This document shows positions 16,499 through 34,523 of a DNA stretch of 64,000 bases, in pieces. Location: NCBI RefSeq assembly GCF_009914755.1, contig NC_060938.1, one strand, 5' to 3'. Position 1 is the stretch's first letter; each line of letters begins with the position of its first letter. This stretch comes from the human T2T-CHM13v2.0 reference genome, Homo sapiens. The translations under genes were made by a program, and so were the position numbers. The notes beneath the pieces are model-generated. The model was not told where the DNA came from and searched no databases. It saw only the letters and a program-made list of their open reading frames with translations.

Positions 16499-16804
16499 TT
16501 ATTCAGAGTTTTATATGTAAAATGATGCAAACAGAAGCATTTTCTACTTCTTCTAAATTAAGTATATTCTGTCTTAACTGTATGTTTAAAAACAAAATAC
16601 AAATTTCATGTCAATGAAGGTAAGATCTTTGAAAGGAAAGCTTAGAAATAAATATCAATAAACAGATTTTTATTTATTCTTTTATTTAATCACAAACTTT
16701 CATGGACACACAAGTTTGTATCACTGTTATATGCATGCACACATTCACATGCGCACTCAATCTACACATACCATCATACCAAAATTTCAGGCAAATTTAT
16801 TTCA

Positions 16805-17160
<356 letters not shown>

Positions 17161-18239
17161 TTATATATTCATATGTATTATGTCTACCCCAAAAGTCTAT
17201 GAATTCCTTGATGGCAGGGGCCAATATTTGTACCTCTAACATACCAACTTACTTCCTAGAACACAGTATTCAACAAATTTTATTGAATTAAATTGAGCCC
17301 AAAGTTATTTTTCACAATGAAACACATGTTGAAAATGGATGGTTTAACATGCTTTATTGCCATAATATGTGGCAATTACTTCAAGAAATGCTGTAAATTG
17401 TTGCATGAATTCCTTTCCTTGGCCAGTGGCTGGAATAGACTTCAGATTTTTATGTTTCATGAAACTAGGTAATTTTTAAGGCAATATTTCATCTCCTCTC
17501 TGGGCAACACTTCTAGATCACTCCAGAAGAGTTATTTTTACCTTCGAATCATTCTTTCCATTCCTTTAGTACTCAGAAATATTTTGGAATAAAATTATCT
17601 AGTGTGTTTGCATGCATTATGAATAGAACTAGATAAAAACATTTCTATTTTCCATGCCCACTGAAGCTTATGGCTAACTCTTTTGATGCTAATACGCACT
17701 TTGCCAGTTTTGCAGCACTATTTTGAGTTTAGTATGCTGTCGATACCTTGATATTTACATGTTTTGTACATCGTTCCTATGTACACACACTCTAACGTGA
17801 CAAATCCTGTTTAATGAATGATGACCTCTGTGAAAATTTCTCTAACAAGAAAATGCACTGGGAAGAGTAAACCAATTTTTATAAGATCTCCAATGTCCTT
17901 TTGTAAATCTCCTTATCATCCACATTTCCTTAAATTATTATCTGTCCCTTAGTTCTAAACTCTAAAGTTCAAGCTGCTTGAGGTTAGAAACAATTTATTC
18001 TTGTTCATCTTTGTATATATTCATATATCACAGTGTTCAACAAAGATTCTTCACAGACCTTTGCTGAATGAATGAATGAATAAATAAATAAATAAATAAA
18101 TAAATAAATATTTGTTTCCAAGATTTCCAAAGGGATTTCCATGAATAGGAATCCCTTTTCAAATGTCCAATAAACTAGACAAAATTTACTACAAAGTTTG
18201 GTTCTTGGTAGATACAACAATATTTGGCATTTGGCATTC

Positions 18240-18579
18240 TTTTTTTTTTTTTTTTTTAGATGGAGTTTTGCTTTTTCGCCCAGGCTGGAGTGAAGTGGCA
18301 CGATCTTGGCTCGCTGCAAACCTCCGCCCCCTGGGTTCAGTGATTCTCCTGCCTCCTTATATAATGCCTCCTTATATAATGAAATTATATAAAATTACCC
18401 TTTTTGGTAGCTGGGATTATAGGCGCCCGCCACCACGCCCGGCTAATTTTTGTGTTTTTGTAGAGGCGGGGTTTCGCCATGTTGGCCAGACTGGTCTAGG
18501 AACTCCTGACCTCAGGTGATCAGCCTGTCTCGGCCTTCCAAAGGGCTAGGATTACAGGCGTGAGCCACCGTGTCCAGCC
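18240..18579 (-). mobile_element. Alu carrying a foreign ~50-bp insertion
   Basis: Alu body interrupted at ~18356-18406; flanking duplication tggcattctt. Confidence 0.95.
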
Positions 18580-19447
18580 TATGTGGCATTCTTAACTCTT
18601 TAATATTAAAGCTCCTTATTTTACTAAAAACAAAAGAAGATTTCACACAACAGATACAAGAATGTAAAAAGATGAACAAATGAATGAAACATAATCCAAT
18701 GACAAAACGAGTGGAGATGTCTTTATCAATGTACTAAAGTGCACACTAGAAGAATACAGTAAATGCTATTACTCATGAAATCCCTCACTGATCTGCTTTC
18801 CCAACAGCACCTGGAATTACCACAGAGAAGTAATTAAGTCCCTTTATTAAATTTGCTTCACCTCTTTTTCCTCTAGCATTAAATGTAAATTTTTCTAACA
18901 AGCATGTACAAAAATATACAGATAATCTATTTTTATTTCATTTTATATCTATAAGGAATTTTTTCTTAAAATTCTTGACTTGCATAAACAGTTGGAAGGC
19001 TCTACTTAGACTCGCAATCAGTTTTTAGCTTTTGAGGAGAGTGCATGAATGGATTCAAATGTTGAATTAAAGCTACAGTCCCTCTTCTCAGACAAATGCA
19101 TATATATTCAAGCACATAAAATTTAGATACCTATTGGGCATATAAATTTTCTGAAACCCATCCTTAGATTCCCTACATGACCATGGACCCATAGGTTAAG
19201 ACTCACAGGTTGGAAGGTCTTAGGAAGTGGCGATGATATTGATCATGATATATCAATAATAATAATAAGTATTATTATTATTAGGTATGATCTAGGATCA
19301 AGAAATTTTGCCTGAAAGAGAAGAAGGTGGATTGATGACCTGAGAATTCATTAGTAGTTCCAGAATTCAGTCTTTTGGTGATATCCATAATGAAGACAGA
19401 AAGGAACATGATAATGAGAATATTTGGATTTTAAAATATGATTTTTA

Positions 19448-20801
<1,354 letters not shown>

Positions 20802-20813
20802 TGTCTTTTCCAC

Positions 20814-20835
20814 CTGTCCAACAACAAAAACATGA
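20814..20835 (-). promoter_or_regulatory. Probable 3' splice acceptor of the OR coding exon
   Basis: Minus strand catgtttttgttgttggacAG|GTGGAAAAGACAATG, 12 nt upstream of the ATG. Confidence 0.6.
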
Positions 20836-21525
20836 TCCTGGTAAGAGCAGGTCCTCTGCTTACAGTCCTGAAACTTACTTCATCATGATATGGGACTCAT
20901 ATCCCCAGTTTATCCAATTGCAGGTCCTGTTAAGATCTGAAGCACTTAAGGTCATCATCTGATTGATTTTAGCACTGGAGAAGATTTTCTCTAAAGGGTA
21001 ACAAAACTTAGGTATGAAAATGCCAGGAGCCTCCATCTCCTCCATCTTCACATATCCTGTTCTCAGATCTTAAATAATGACACCTCATTATTGTAATAAC
21101 AATATCACTGAGCATCTGAGTTGGGCAAAAATATCTGAAAAAGGATTTTGTGAAGAATATGATTACCATTCAACTGGGATCAGAACTTGAGTCAGACTAC
21201 CTAGTTTTAAATTCCTGCATCTCCACTTACTGGCTGAGTAGCCTTGGCAAGGTTACTTACCCTCTCTGTGCTCCTCAGTTGTGAAATGCTGTAAGGAGCA
21301 AATGATATAATAGTGCAAAGAATTTAAGAGTGTCTAGTACTTAACTTAAAAATTATGTGGCAGAGAAAGCCCCTGGCTATAAGTTAGGACACCAGAATCT
21401 AGGCTTGGCTTGCCATTACTCTTGGAAGATTATCAATTTGTACTTTAACTGTCCAACTGTACAATGAGTCACAGGAATCTAGGCCATTAGTATACCTAAT
21501 GAAATTATATAAAATTACCCTTTCC

Positions 21526-21638
21526 GGCAGGACGCAGTGGCTCATGCCTGTAATCCCAGCTTTTGGGAGACCGAGGCGGGCGGATCACTTGAGGCCAGGA
21601 GTTTGAGACAAGCCTGGCCAACATGGTGAAACCCCGTC
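21526..21638 (+). mobile_element. Alu left arm, abruptly 3'-truncated
   Basis: Alu 5' arm ends at gaaaccccgtc with no linker, right arm or tail. Confidence 0.9.
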
Positions 21639-21838
21639 AGATGTTTGTCAGAGCCAAAATTATGAATTTCTGACCGCAACTATTAATAAAAAATTATGTT
21701 CTTATTCTTTGATTCTTATTCTTTGCTTCAAGTCCTCCCAGTTCTGAGGACCACCACCAGTTAGAAAAATCAAGTCCATTATATCCAGAAAGCTTGTTTA
21801 AAAATGCCTCAGGTATCAGGAGAATCCTTACTCCCTTT

Positions 21839-22414
21839 TGACAGAGCAGGAGCACCATCGTCTTGGACAAACACTGCCACTTTAAGTTTCAGCTCCCTTT
21901 CTAGCCTCATGCATTTCAAAGAAATCACTTCTCTTCTAACTACAGGCAGCCAGAAAGAGCAGACAGTAAAACACAGATAAGACAGCTCGGGCGCAGAGGG
22001 AGGTGAGGGGAAATTCTTTTGGGTAACCGCCAAACTTCACCATCATACAATGGGCCCCAGTAAAACGATGGGCCTTAATAAGCACCTTTCTTTCCCTTCA
22101 GGTGCACTAAGATAGGGAAGCTGAATGGGAGTATGCCTGCAGCTACAGAAAGATTATGGGAACAGACACAAAACTCTCCCTCCCAGATAAGCACAACAAA
22201 GAGACACAGAAGCAGTCCAAGCCTCTGATAAACTCTCCCACCCTGAATCCTTAAAAACTCCTAGTCTGTAAGAGAGTGTGCCTCTGACCTAGCTTGGCCA
22301 GAAGTTCCTCTCAGGTTTGTTTTATCCTCCCAGGTTTGTTTTCTCTCTAAAATGAACCTGTCTTGACTAGCAAGCCACCTTTCATGTTTCTTTCCTCTTT
22401 CTTTAATTCTTATA
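21839..22414 (+). mobile_element. ERV1-class solo LTR
   Basis: TG...TA(CA-like) termini with ccttt target-site duplication (21834-21838 / 22415-22419); CCATCGTCTTGG 5' motif. Confidence 0.8.
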
Positions 22415-22483
22415 CCTTTAGCCATGCAAAACATAAGAACTGATCTTAAGACCCTTGGTTCTCTGTCAGCCCTATTGTTCTCT

Positions 22484-22781
22484 TTTGTTGTTGTTGTTGA
22501 GATGGAGTCTCACTCTGTTGCCCAGGCTGGAATGCAGTGGCACAGTCTTGGCTCACTGCAACCCCACCTCCTGAGTTCAAGCGATTTTCCTGCCTCAGCC
22601 TCCTAAGCAGCTGGGACTACAGGCACATGCCACCACACCCGGGTAATTTTTGTATTTTTAGTAGAGACAGGGTTTTGCCATGGTGGCCTGGCTAGTCTTG
22701 AACTCCTGGCCTCAAGTGATCTGCCTCTCCTCGGCCTCCCAAAGTGCTATGATTACTGGTGTTAGCCACCATCCCCAGCCA
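22484..22781 (-). mobile_element. Alu
   Basis: Reverse Alu; flanking duplication tattgttctc. Confidence 0.95.
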
Positions 22782-25612
22782 ACCTTATTGTTCTCCAGCA
22801 TACCCCGACAGTCTTTATTCTCAGCAAGCATTACACTCTTTACTTACAATTTCTCTCCTGTGGGTCCCGCAGGTCCAGACAGGAAAATATCTGGAGCTTT
22901 TTTCTAGGATAAAGCAGTTCTGTGATCTTTCTCCCTGAAGATTCATTCAGTCTCCCCTCCCTCCAGCTTCTATAGAAATTGCTTGTTGTCGGTAAAGTCA
23001 TTCGACTTTTGCTTCGTATTTATTATGTACCAGATGCTGCTGTACTTGGAGATTTAGAGATAGAAGACATTGTCACTACCCTCATGTAGCTCACTGCCCA
23101 CTAAGAATGACAGAAAAATTAAGATGTGTGACAGGTAGAATGTTGCAGGGAAGTATAGGATACCAAAGGGAAACAGAAAAGGAACCAAACTGAAAATCAG
23201 AGAGACAGGCAGTATTCTGGAGACAGGCAATGCCTGAAATAAGTACTAGAAAATGAGTATGCATTTGATAGAGAGAAGGAGGCATCTTCAGTGGAAAAGA
23301 GCAGTGTGTGAACACAGTACCTTTGGGCTACAGCACAGAACATAATGGGTGGAATATAAACAGATGAGACTGGTCACCCCAAAGGGGACTCCGTCTGGCA
23401 CTCTGTTGCTCCCTGTGAAAATCCACCATTGAGCTGAACCTAAACTATATCTTAAGTGACAGGAAGATGAGTTACCAACTCTGAATATGGAAGGGATTCC
23501 TCCTACCTCCTCCTGAATGTACTTGTTTCCACGAGGGTGGGGGTCACCCTGAAAAAAAAATTTTCCCCTTTTTATGATTCAAGGTCCTGTTCCATCTGAG
23601 AGTCCTTCCCACACCCTGTACCGTAAGGCTGACAATAGGCTCACATCCTTGGAGTTGGGGAGGATGGGCAAAGCACTTGGGAAAACAAGGAGAAATTGGA
23701 TAATCTCCTTCTCCTGGGCTTTCCTCTCATGTTGTCATTCTGCCTTGTGAACAAGGGGGCTTTCTAATCCTGAGGAGGATGTGTCATGCTGCCTTTCTTA
23801 TGGCCATGAGCAAGCCATCAGGACCCACCCTTCCCTCCCTGTAGAAAGAATGCCTTCCGCAATGTGACCACTGTCTTAGATTTCCACAGGCGTAATTCAA
23901 GTGAAAGACAATTATCTCAATTATCTCACAAGTGAAAGACAATTATCTCACAAGAAATGTTACTACAAAAACAACATGGGGCTAGAAGGCAAGGGGTACA
24001 TATGGAGGGGTTACACCATTTACCTCCTATTTTTGAAAAGACTTAGCCCACTTATGTAGTTCGTTTCATCTCTAGTTGTGGAAAAATGTTCCACTTAAAG
24101 CCATGTCTTCACTTTTTTCTGCTAATAGAACTTTTGTACAAAGCATCAGTTTTCTTCTTTTAGATCCCTACCTTCCCTGACTCCTGGTATTAGCCTGAGG
24201 GCAGGGAGGGAGAAGGCTGAAGTCTCTGGTTTCTAACTAATCTCTCTACTGAAGGGTGGGATCCTTCATGCATAACTTTAGTTTCCAATGGAGATATCTT
24301 CAGATGAGAACTAATCTGGGCATCAGAATTAATCTGGACATCAGGAGCCCAGCTAGCAGCAGTGCTTTTTGGAGAGAGGTTAACCAGGTGGCGAGAAAGT
24401 AAGACCGTAGAGAAAGAAAAAAAAAAATCCTAAAAGACCCAGGGGAGATTTGCCATTCAATGGAAATTTCCTAGACTCTGTTAAAAAAAAAAAAAAAGCT
24501 TACCCTTTGTTCAAGAAAGGGTGATTGGGAATATTTCTGCATTTGTCTGTCAACTACATCAAACCAGGTCACTGCAAAAATTTAGGAGCATTAACGATGA
24601 GAATGAAGAAGAGGATAGAGCTTGATCAACCACAGAAGGCTATGACCATCATCCACCCTTCTCCTGCATGACACCCAGGGGAGATGTTTACATCCCAAGT
24701 AACACAGACACTGTGTTTTCTCCCTGATGACTTAAAATGATATTGGGAATCCCTCCCCTGGCTTTGGGGTTAGGAAATGATGGGAGTCCCATGAGCTTGA
24801 CAAGATAAGGGAAATTTCCCAGTTTCATCTCTAGCTAATTCCACTGCTTCTCCCAGCCTTGCTGCTTATCTCCTAGTGGTAATATAATATATATGTTCCA
24901 CATACCCAAAGCATTATTCAGAATTCTGGGCCATTGATCACATTTTTCCCATTTGTGTCCATTCTATGGCCCTGACTAAAATCTTGACTGTTCCTATTCA
25001 TGTCCTAAGACTCAGTTGAGTCTAGTGCACATCCGGTCTTCTGAGACAGCTTCCCCTACCCCCCATCCTTAGTCTTACCACCCTACTCACTCTCCCACCT
25101 GAGGTATGGCAGGTTCTGTTGATCTCAATCTTAATATTTAGTCCGTTGTATTATAACGTTGCTTTTCTGTCTGTATCCCCTGCTAGACTTTAAATTCCTA
25201 CAGCAGGAATATTTTCATCTCTGTATTTCTAGCACCAATCACAGTGCCTGGCACATACTAGGTGCTTGACAAATGGCATGTGAACTAGACTGCTCTGAAC
25301 CCCAGACTTGAGGAGCAGCTGCCCTTGTCAGATGAGCACCAATTAAGTTTTGAACTAGAGGAGGAGTGCACAGGGCTCCTGGGAACTAGTTTAGCTAAAT
25401 TACATCCTTTCTAGACATACTCCTTTCTAGAAAAAAGAAAATATCTAAAGGGAATGAAGCATGAGAAGTGTCATCACTAGACTCTAAAGGAGTGAGAGCA
25501 AAGACAGGGAGAAACTGGCTGAGCTAAGCCAAACAACAACAAACTAAACTAGAAACTGCAACTCCTGTTTGTTAAGCTGAGGGAAGGAGAGGTCTGAAAA
25601 AGAGACCCATGA

Positions 25613-25955
<343 letters not shown>

Positions 25956-26061
25956 AAGCCACACGTGTTTTTAAACCTTAATCAAATCTTAAGGACTAAG
26001 GAAACTGCAGAAATAGATGAGATCAAAGACAGACAATTTGTTTAAAACAAACAAGCACACA

Positions 26062-26396
<335 letters not shown>

Positions 26397-26410
26397 TTAG
26401 CTTATAATAC

Positions 26411-26714
<304 letters not shown>

Positions 26715-27749
26715 TAATACTTTCAAACTAACTTGATCATAGGAATTTCCTAGTTTTTTTTAATGAAAGTAAACCATGTTAGAAGAAAAAATTGTATTTA
26801 TTTTTAAAGCATACTCACATGGTTCAAAAATAAAAATGTATAAATTGAAAAGTTCTAGTCCCCCACATTCCTATTCACCCCATCCCCCTCGCCTAATTAA
26901 CCATTTTCATTAGTTCATTGGCCTCCTTCCAGTGTTTTTTGTGTATAAACAAGGAAATAACTAAATGTTTACTTATTTACTTGACACTTTCTTACACAGT
27001 TCTGCACCTTGTTTCTTCTTTTCCCCTGGAAAACCTTCCCTGTCAGAAAATAAAGAACAAAAGAAAAATGTATAAACCAAGAAGACTACTAGAATGACAC
27101 ATCTATTGAATGAATGAGTTGCAACATTCTTGAATTACATGTCTGCTTTAATCATTGTTTGATATCTCTTTAGCTTCAATTTTCCTTACAAGTAAAAATC
27201 ATATTGTAATGGAAACTATATCAAAAAATCTAATTGACACTTTGTAAATAAAAATGAGCTAAAGTAAAATGAAATGATATCTGGAATTTTCTTCAAAATA
27301 AAGTGAGGGCTATAGATAAAACTTTCTTGGCCATGAACTGGGAATTCATGGAGCTATATGTCAGCTATAACTGTGGTTCATTATACTATTCTCTCTATTT
27401 TTAATATGTTTGAAATGTTTCATAATAAAAAGCCTCAGAAATATGTAGTGAAAATCAAGCATCTATTTCAAGAAAACTCTAAATTTTTAGAATACGATTT
27501 TCCCAGTTAAAAATTAATAAAGGTGTGAAATACTTCCCTGAATATGGAAACTCTAGTTCCACAAAATTAACCAGCCAGCCACTGGAGAATGTCAAATACC
27601 ATGTGGGCTACTCAGAGCCAGAAAATGTAAAACTATAATGAACTACCAATTCCAAGAGGAACTTAACTTTCTCAGCAACAACCTGCCTTCTGGTTCAAAA
27701 GGAGTGGAGGCAATATAGAAACACACATAAACACAGAATCACAGTCTAG

Positions 27750-28068
<319 letters not shown>

Positions 28069-28235
28069 TATGGAGATTTGATTGAGTTAACAGATTTCAG
28101 AACCTATCTTTTTCATTATGACAAATTCTTTAATATAAAACTTAACCTTTTTTCCTTTTCTTCCTTTTTCTTTTTCTTTTTTAACACATAGGAAAACAAG
28201 ACAGAGTGCTATTACCAAGTCTCGTAGTAAGAGGA

Positions 28236-28584
28236 TGTCTTTGTTCAGGCTGCTATAACAAATTACCATAAATAGGTAAACAACAAACATTTGTTTCTCA
28301 CCATTCTAGAGGCTGGAAATTTGATATCCCAGAGCCAGCATGATGGGGTTCTTGGTGGGGCTCTTTCTGGTTTATAGAGGGCAGTCTTCTTTCTGTGCCC
28401 TCACATGGAGGAAAAAAAGCTAGCTAGCTCTGTGGCCTCTTCTTATAAGAAGACTAATTTCGTTCATGAGGGCTCCAGCCTTACATGCTAATGATTTTCC
28501 AAAGGTCCCATTTCCAAATACCATCACATTGGGGTTAAATTCATTATATGAATTTAAGGGGACGTGGCCATTCAGTCTATTGCA
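28236..28584. mobile_element. MLT1-type MaLR LTR
   Basis: ggctgctataacaaattacca...ttctagaggctgg...cattcagtctattgca. Confidence 0.75.
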
Positions 28585-28597
28585 AAGGAACTATTAG

Positions 28598-28917
<320 letters not shown>

Positions 28918-29283
28918 CGGGAATTGAGTTTTTAAAAAGAGAGAAACAAACACAAGTCTAAAATACAAACAGGAGAAATCTGCTCCACAGTCCTCAATCC
29001 ATCTATTTGAATTGACATGCAAATACTACCAGTCCTTGAGTATAACCATAGTGTTAATGAGAAGGATAAAAATGAACAAATAGAATGAGTGACCTTAGAG
29101 GAAACAGATACTTAAATGATGGAAACAATCTTTACATTTCCAAATTTATATTAATAAAATAATGTAAATATGAGCAAACCAGGAATAGATGTTATGAAAA
29201 AGGAACTTCTAAGAACCAAAGAGTTCTTTAAATTAATAATGATATCATCAAAATTAAAATAATATATACACACATATCAATCA

Positions 29284-30777
<1,494 letters not shown>

Positions 30778-31221
30778 TATATAAGAGGCTTGGCTGAAGA
30801 CAATCTTCTAGAATATAGAACTAAGAGATGAAATATATGAGAGAAATATTAAGAGACATGGAAGTTAAATCCAGGATGCTCAACATATATCTAAAAGGAA
30901 CTTCAGAAAATAACAAAAATGGAGGAGATAAAATAAAGAAAGAATAAATAAGTTTTCTGAACTAAAGAAAGACACTTCTGAAATTTGGGAGACCATGCAG
31001 TGAACAGTATTAAACATAAAAATACCCACAACTATATACACGTTGGTGATGTCTCCAAAGTCCAAGAATAAAGACAAAAGCTTAAATGCTTCCTGAAATG
31101 TAAAAGAAAAAAAATTATCTATAAAATAAGAAAAATCAGTTTCATCATCAATGAAAACTCTGTGTAACAAGAACAATGTCAGTTATCTTCAGGAGTAAGA
31201 GGGAAAATGATTTTGAGCCTA

Positions 31222-31606
31222 GTATATTGGTTTTCTAGGGCTAACATCATAAAATACCACAGACAGGGTAGCTTTAACAACAGGAATTCATTTTCTTACA
31301 ATTCTAGAGGTTTGAAGCCCAAGATCAAGCTACTGGTTTCTGAGACCTCTCTTTGGCTTGCAGATGGCTACCTTCTCTCTCTGTCCTTACACAGTTCATC
31401 CTTTATTTGCATACATCTCTGGTGTCTCTCTGTGTCCAGATTTTTTTCTTCTTATAAGGGTATTAGTCAGATTGGATTATGGCACACCCTAACAGCCTCT
31501 AACTTAATCACCATGTTAAAGGTGCTATCCTATAGTCACATTCTGGTGTATGGTGATTGGGGCTTTAGCATATTAAATTTTGTAAAGACACAGTTCAGCC
31601 CATAAT
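31222..31606. mobile_element. MLT1-type MaLR LTR
   Basis: aaaataccacagac...acaattctagagg...acagttcagcccataa. Confidence 0.75.
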
Positions 31607-32193
31607 ACCTCCAATTCTATTTTCAGCATAAATAGCAGTCAAAAGAGAGTTTACATTGAGGGCACTTGGTTGGGGGGTGTTCTAGAACTTATATCTTCAT
31701 TAAGATCCATGGATGCATTCTAAAGGAATTGCTCAAGGTTGAACTCCTGAAAATAAAAAATAAAATCACAAAACAGTGAGATGCAAAAAATTTATGAGCA
31801 AGGAAAGAAATAGAACTTATATGTAAATGTAAATAATTGTTAAGACATTGTTTTAATATACATGAATTCAATTTTCTAACATGTTATTCAAATATTTCAT
31901 CTAGTTTCATAAGAATATCAGTTATAGTGTCACCTAATGGCCATAAAAATCAATGACTTGGAGATAAAAATCCCAGATTATATAAAAAATTTGAAGATAG
32001 TAGAGAAAGCAATGACTTGAAGAATGAGCAGACTCCCAAGGCCACAGCATAGGCTGTGGGAAGCTGGGTAATCCGGAAAGGCCTTGCTAGGTTTCTCCTG
32101 GGAGAGTGTGGATGCTGGCTGGCAAAGCCTTTGACCAGGCAGAGATGCAGCCACGTAGTTTTGGTGCGTGCGTGTGCAAAAGAATACGGCAGC

Positions 32194-32287
32194 TCCTTCG
32201 AGCCGGAATCGAACCAGCGACCTAAGGATGTCCACAAATGTTTCTACAGGCTACAGTCCTCCGCTCTACCAGCTGAGCTATCGAAGG
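32194..32287 (-). tRNA. tRNA-Tyr(GTA), 21-nt intron (32230-32250)
   Basis: CCTTCGATAGCTCAGCTGGTAGAGCGGAGGACTGTAG|cctgtagaaacatttgtggac|ATCCTTAGGTCGCTGGTTCGATTCCGGCTCGAAGGA; TTTT terminator. Confidence 0.98.
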
Positions 32288-33133
32288 GCGCACGTTTCTG
32301 GGGTTGGGTCATTGATCTTTCAGCAAATGCAAGACTCCTTGCAACTCTAGTCGTCCAATAAGCTTTAAGTTGGTTGGAACTCGCCTTAGAGAGATAATCC
32401 TGCGCCGATCGCCACCGCGCTCCTTTTGCGGCGGAACAAAATCCTCTGGCTGTGGTTGACTGGCTTTCCCCGGCATCGATAACAACGACCCATGAGGGGC
32501 GAGCCGGGTAGGGGGCGTGGGGGTAGTGGTGGGAGTGTGCTCTCACTTGCTATCTTCTTCCTCCTGTGCATCCCCCTTTCTACAGGTGAGGATGACAGAC
32601 CTCAGTGGCAAAAAAAAAAAAAAGTGAGAGGGTGAGAGGCAGAGGGGTTGGCGAGGTGGATGCAGGGTGCGGGGGTCCGGTGAGGGAAGGGTTGCTGGAG
32701 GAGAAAGGAGGAGACCTGGAATGGACACCGGTAGAAGGCTTCCAACCCCAGCCGAGCCGCAGGGTCTGGTGGTGGCCGGTAATGAGGCCCTTCCCTAACA
32801 CTCTGACCTCCCTACACCTTCCACTGCTCTCCCACCCCCTCATCCCCCACCCCCGTTCTTCCTCCCGATGCGCTTTCTGCCTTCTACCTACAGTATCCTA
32901 AGTTCACGTATTGGCCCGTTGAGGTGTACTGGGAAGTGAGGGAAAGAACAAATAGAATTAGGTGAGGAGACCCCTCCCAGGGATTGCAGAGGCACATGTA
33001 ATACCCCTCCTCCCTCGGGGCCAATCTGGTGGTTGGCTTCCCTCCTCTGCAAACCAATCAGAAATATTTTGCCACTTGCAACTTCTAGAAGTAGGACAAG
33101 GCTCTGTGGGCTCTGAAAAAGCAAAGGGGCAAG

Positions 33134-33352
33134 GACCAGCCTGAGCAACAGGGCAAAACCTTATCTTTACAAAAATTACAAAAATTAGCTGGGTGTGGTA
33201 GCACAAGCTTGTAGTCCCAGCTACTTGGGAGGCTGAGGTGGGAGGATTGCTTGAGGCCAGGAGTTCAAGGCTACAGTGAGCTATGATTATGCCCCTGAAT
33301 TCTAGCCTGGGTGACAGAAGAGACCCTGTCTAAAAAAAAAAAAAAAAAAAAA
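33134..33352 (+). mobile_element. 5'-truncated AluJ-like element
   Basis: gagttcaaggctacagtgagctatgat AluJ-type right arm with poly(A). Confidence 0.88.
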
Positions 33353-33455
33353 TAGGGGATGGGTGAAGTAGAAGACAGAAGTGTCAGTGTTGGACTGCTT
33401 ACCCTGACCCCATGTGTTTGACAATGTTTCAGATCTTATCTGGTGTGTGTCACTA

Positions 33456-34523
33456 TATCGGGGGACCTGCCCCGATAATCATGTAGGTTCTTTTCTATTT
33501 TCCTAAGCATCGACTGGCTTGAGAAATAAAAGGACAGAGTACAAAAGAGAGAAATTTTAAAGCTGGGCATCCGGGGGAGACATCACACATTGGTAGGATC
33601 CGTGATGCCCCACAAGCCACAAAAACCAGCAAGTTTTTATTAGGGAGTTTCAAAAGGGGAGGGAGATACGAATAGGTGTCGGTGACAGACATCAAGTACT
33701 TAACAGGGTAATAGAATATCACAAGGCAAGTGGAGACAGGGCGAGATCACAGGACCACAGGACCGAAGTGAAATTAAAATTGCTAATGAAGTTTTGGCAC
33801 CATTGTCATTGATAACATCTTATCAGGAGACAGGGTTTTGAGATCAACCGGTCTGACCAAAGTTTATTAGGCGGGAATTTCCTCTTCCTAATAAGCCTGG
33901 GAGTGCTATGGGAGACTGGAGTTTATTTCACCTCTGCAATCTCGACCATAAGAGACAGGTACGCCCCGGGGGGGGCCAGTTCAGAGACCTACCCCTAGGT
34001 GCGCATTCTCTTTCTCAGGGACGTTCCATGCTGAGAAAAGGAATTCAGCGATATTTCTCCCGTTTGCTTTTGAAAGAAGAGAAATATGGCTCTGTTCCCC
34101 CCGGCTCACCGGCGGTCAGAGTTTAAGGTTATCTCTCTTATTCCCTGAACATTGCTGTTATACTGTTCTTTTTTCAGGGTGCCCACATTTCATATTGCTC
34201 AAACACACATGCTGTACAATTTGTGTACTTAACGCAATTATTACAGGGTCCTGAGACGATATACATCCTCCTCAACTGACAGGATTAAGAGATTAAAGTA
34301 AAGAGAGGCATAGGAAATCACAAGGGTATTGATTGGGGAAGTGATAAGTGTCCATGAAATCTTTACAATTTATGTTTAGAGATTGCAGTAAAGACAGGCA
34401 CAAGAAATTACAAAAGTATTAATTTGGGGAACTAATAAATGTCCATAAAATCTTCACAATCCACATTCTTCTCTCATGGCTTCAGCCGGTCCCTCTGTTT
34501 GGGGTCCCTGACTTCCCGCAACA
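33456..34523 (-). mobile_element. MER11 solo LTR (HERV-K/HML-8 group)
   Basis: Minus strand begins TGTTGCGGGAAGTCAGGGACCCC and ends GGTCCCCCGATA; 6-bp TSD (t/c)cacta; empty site in paralogous units. Confidence 0.9.

Noticed and set aside
20802-20813. N-terminal extension MEKT of the OR in the ORF track
   Set aside because: Starts at GTG immediately after a splice acceptor; the ATG at 20801 gives a typical OR N-terminus
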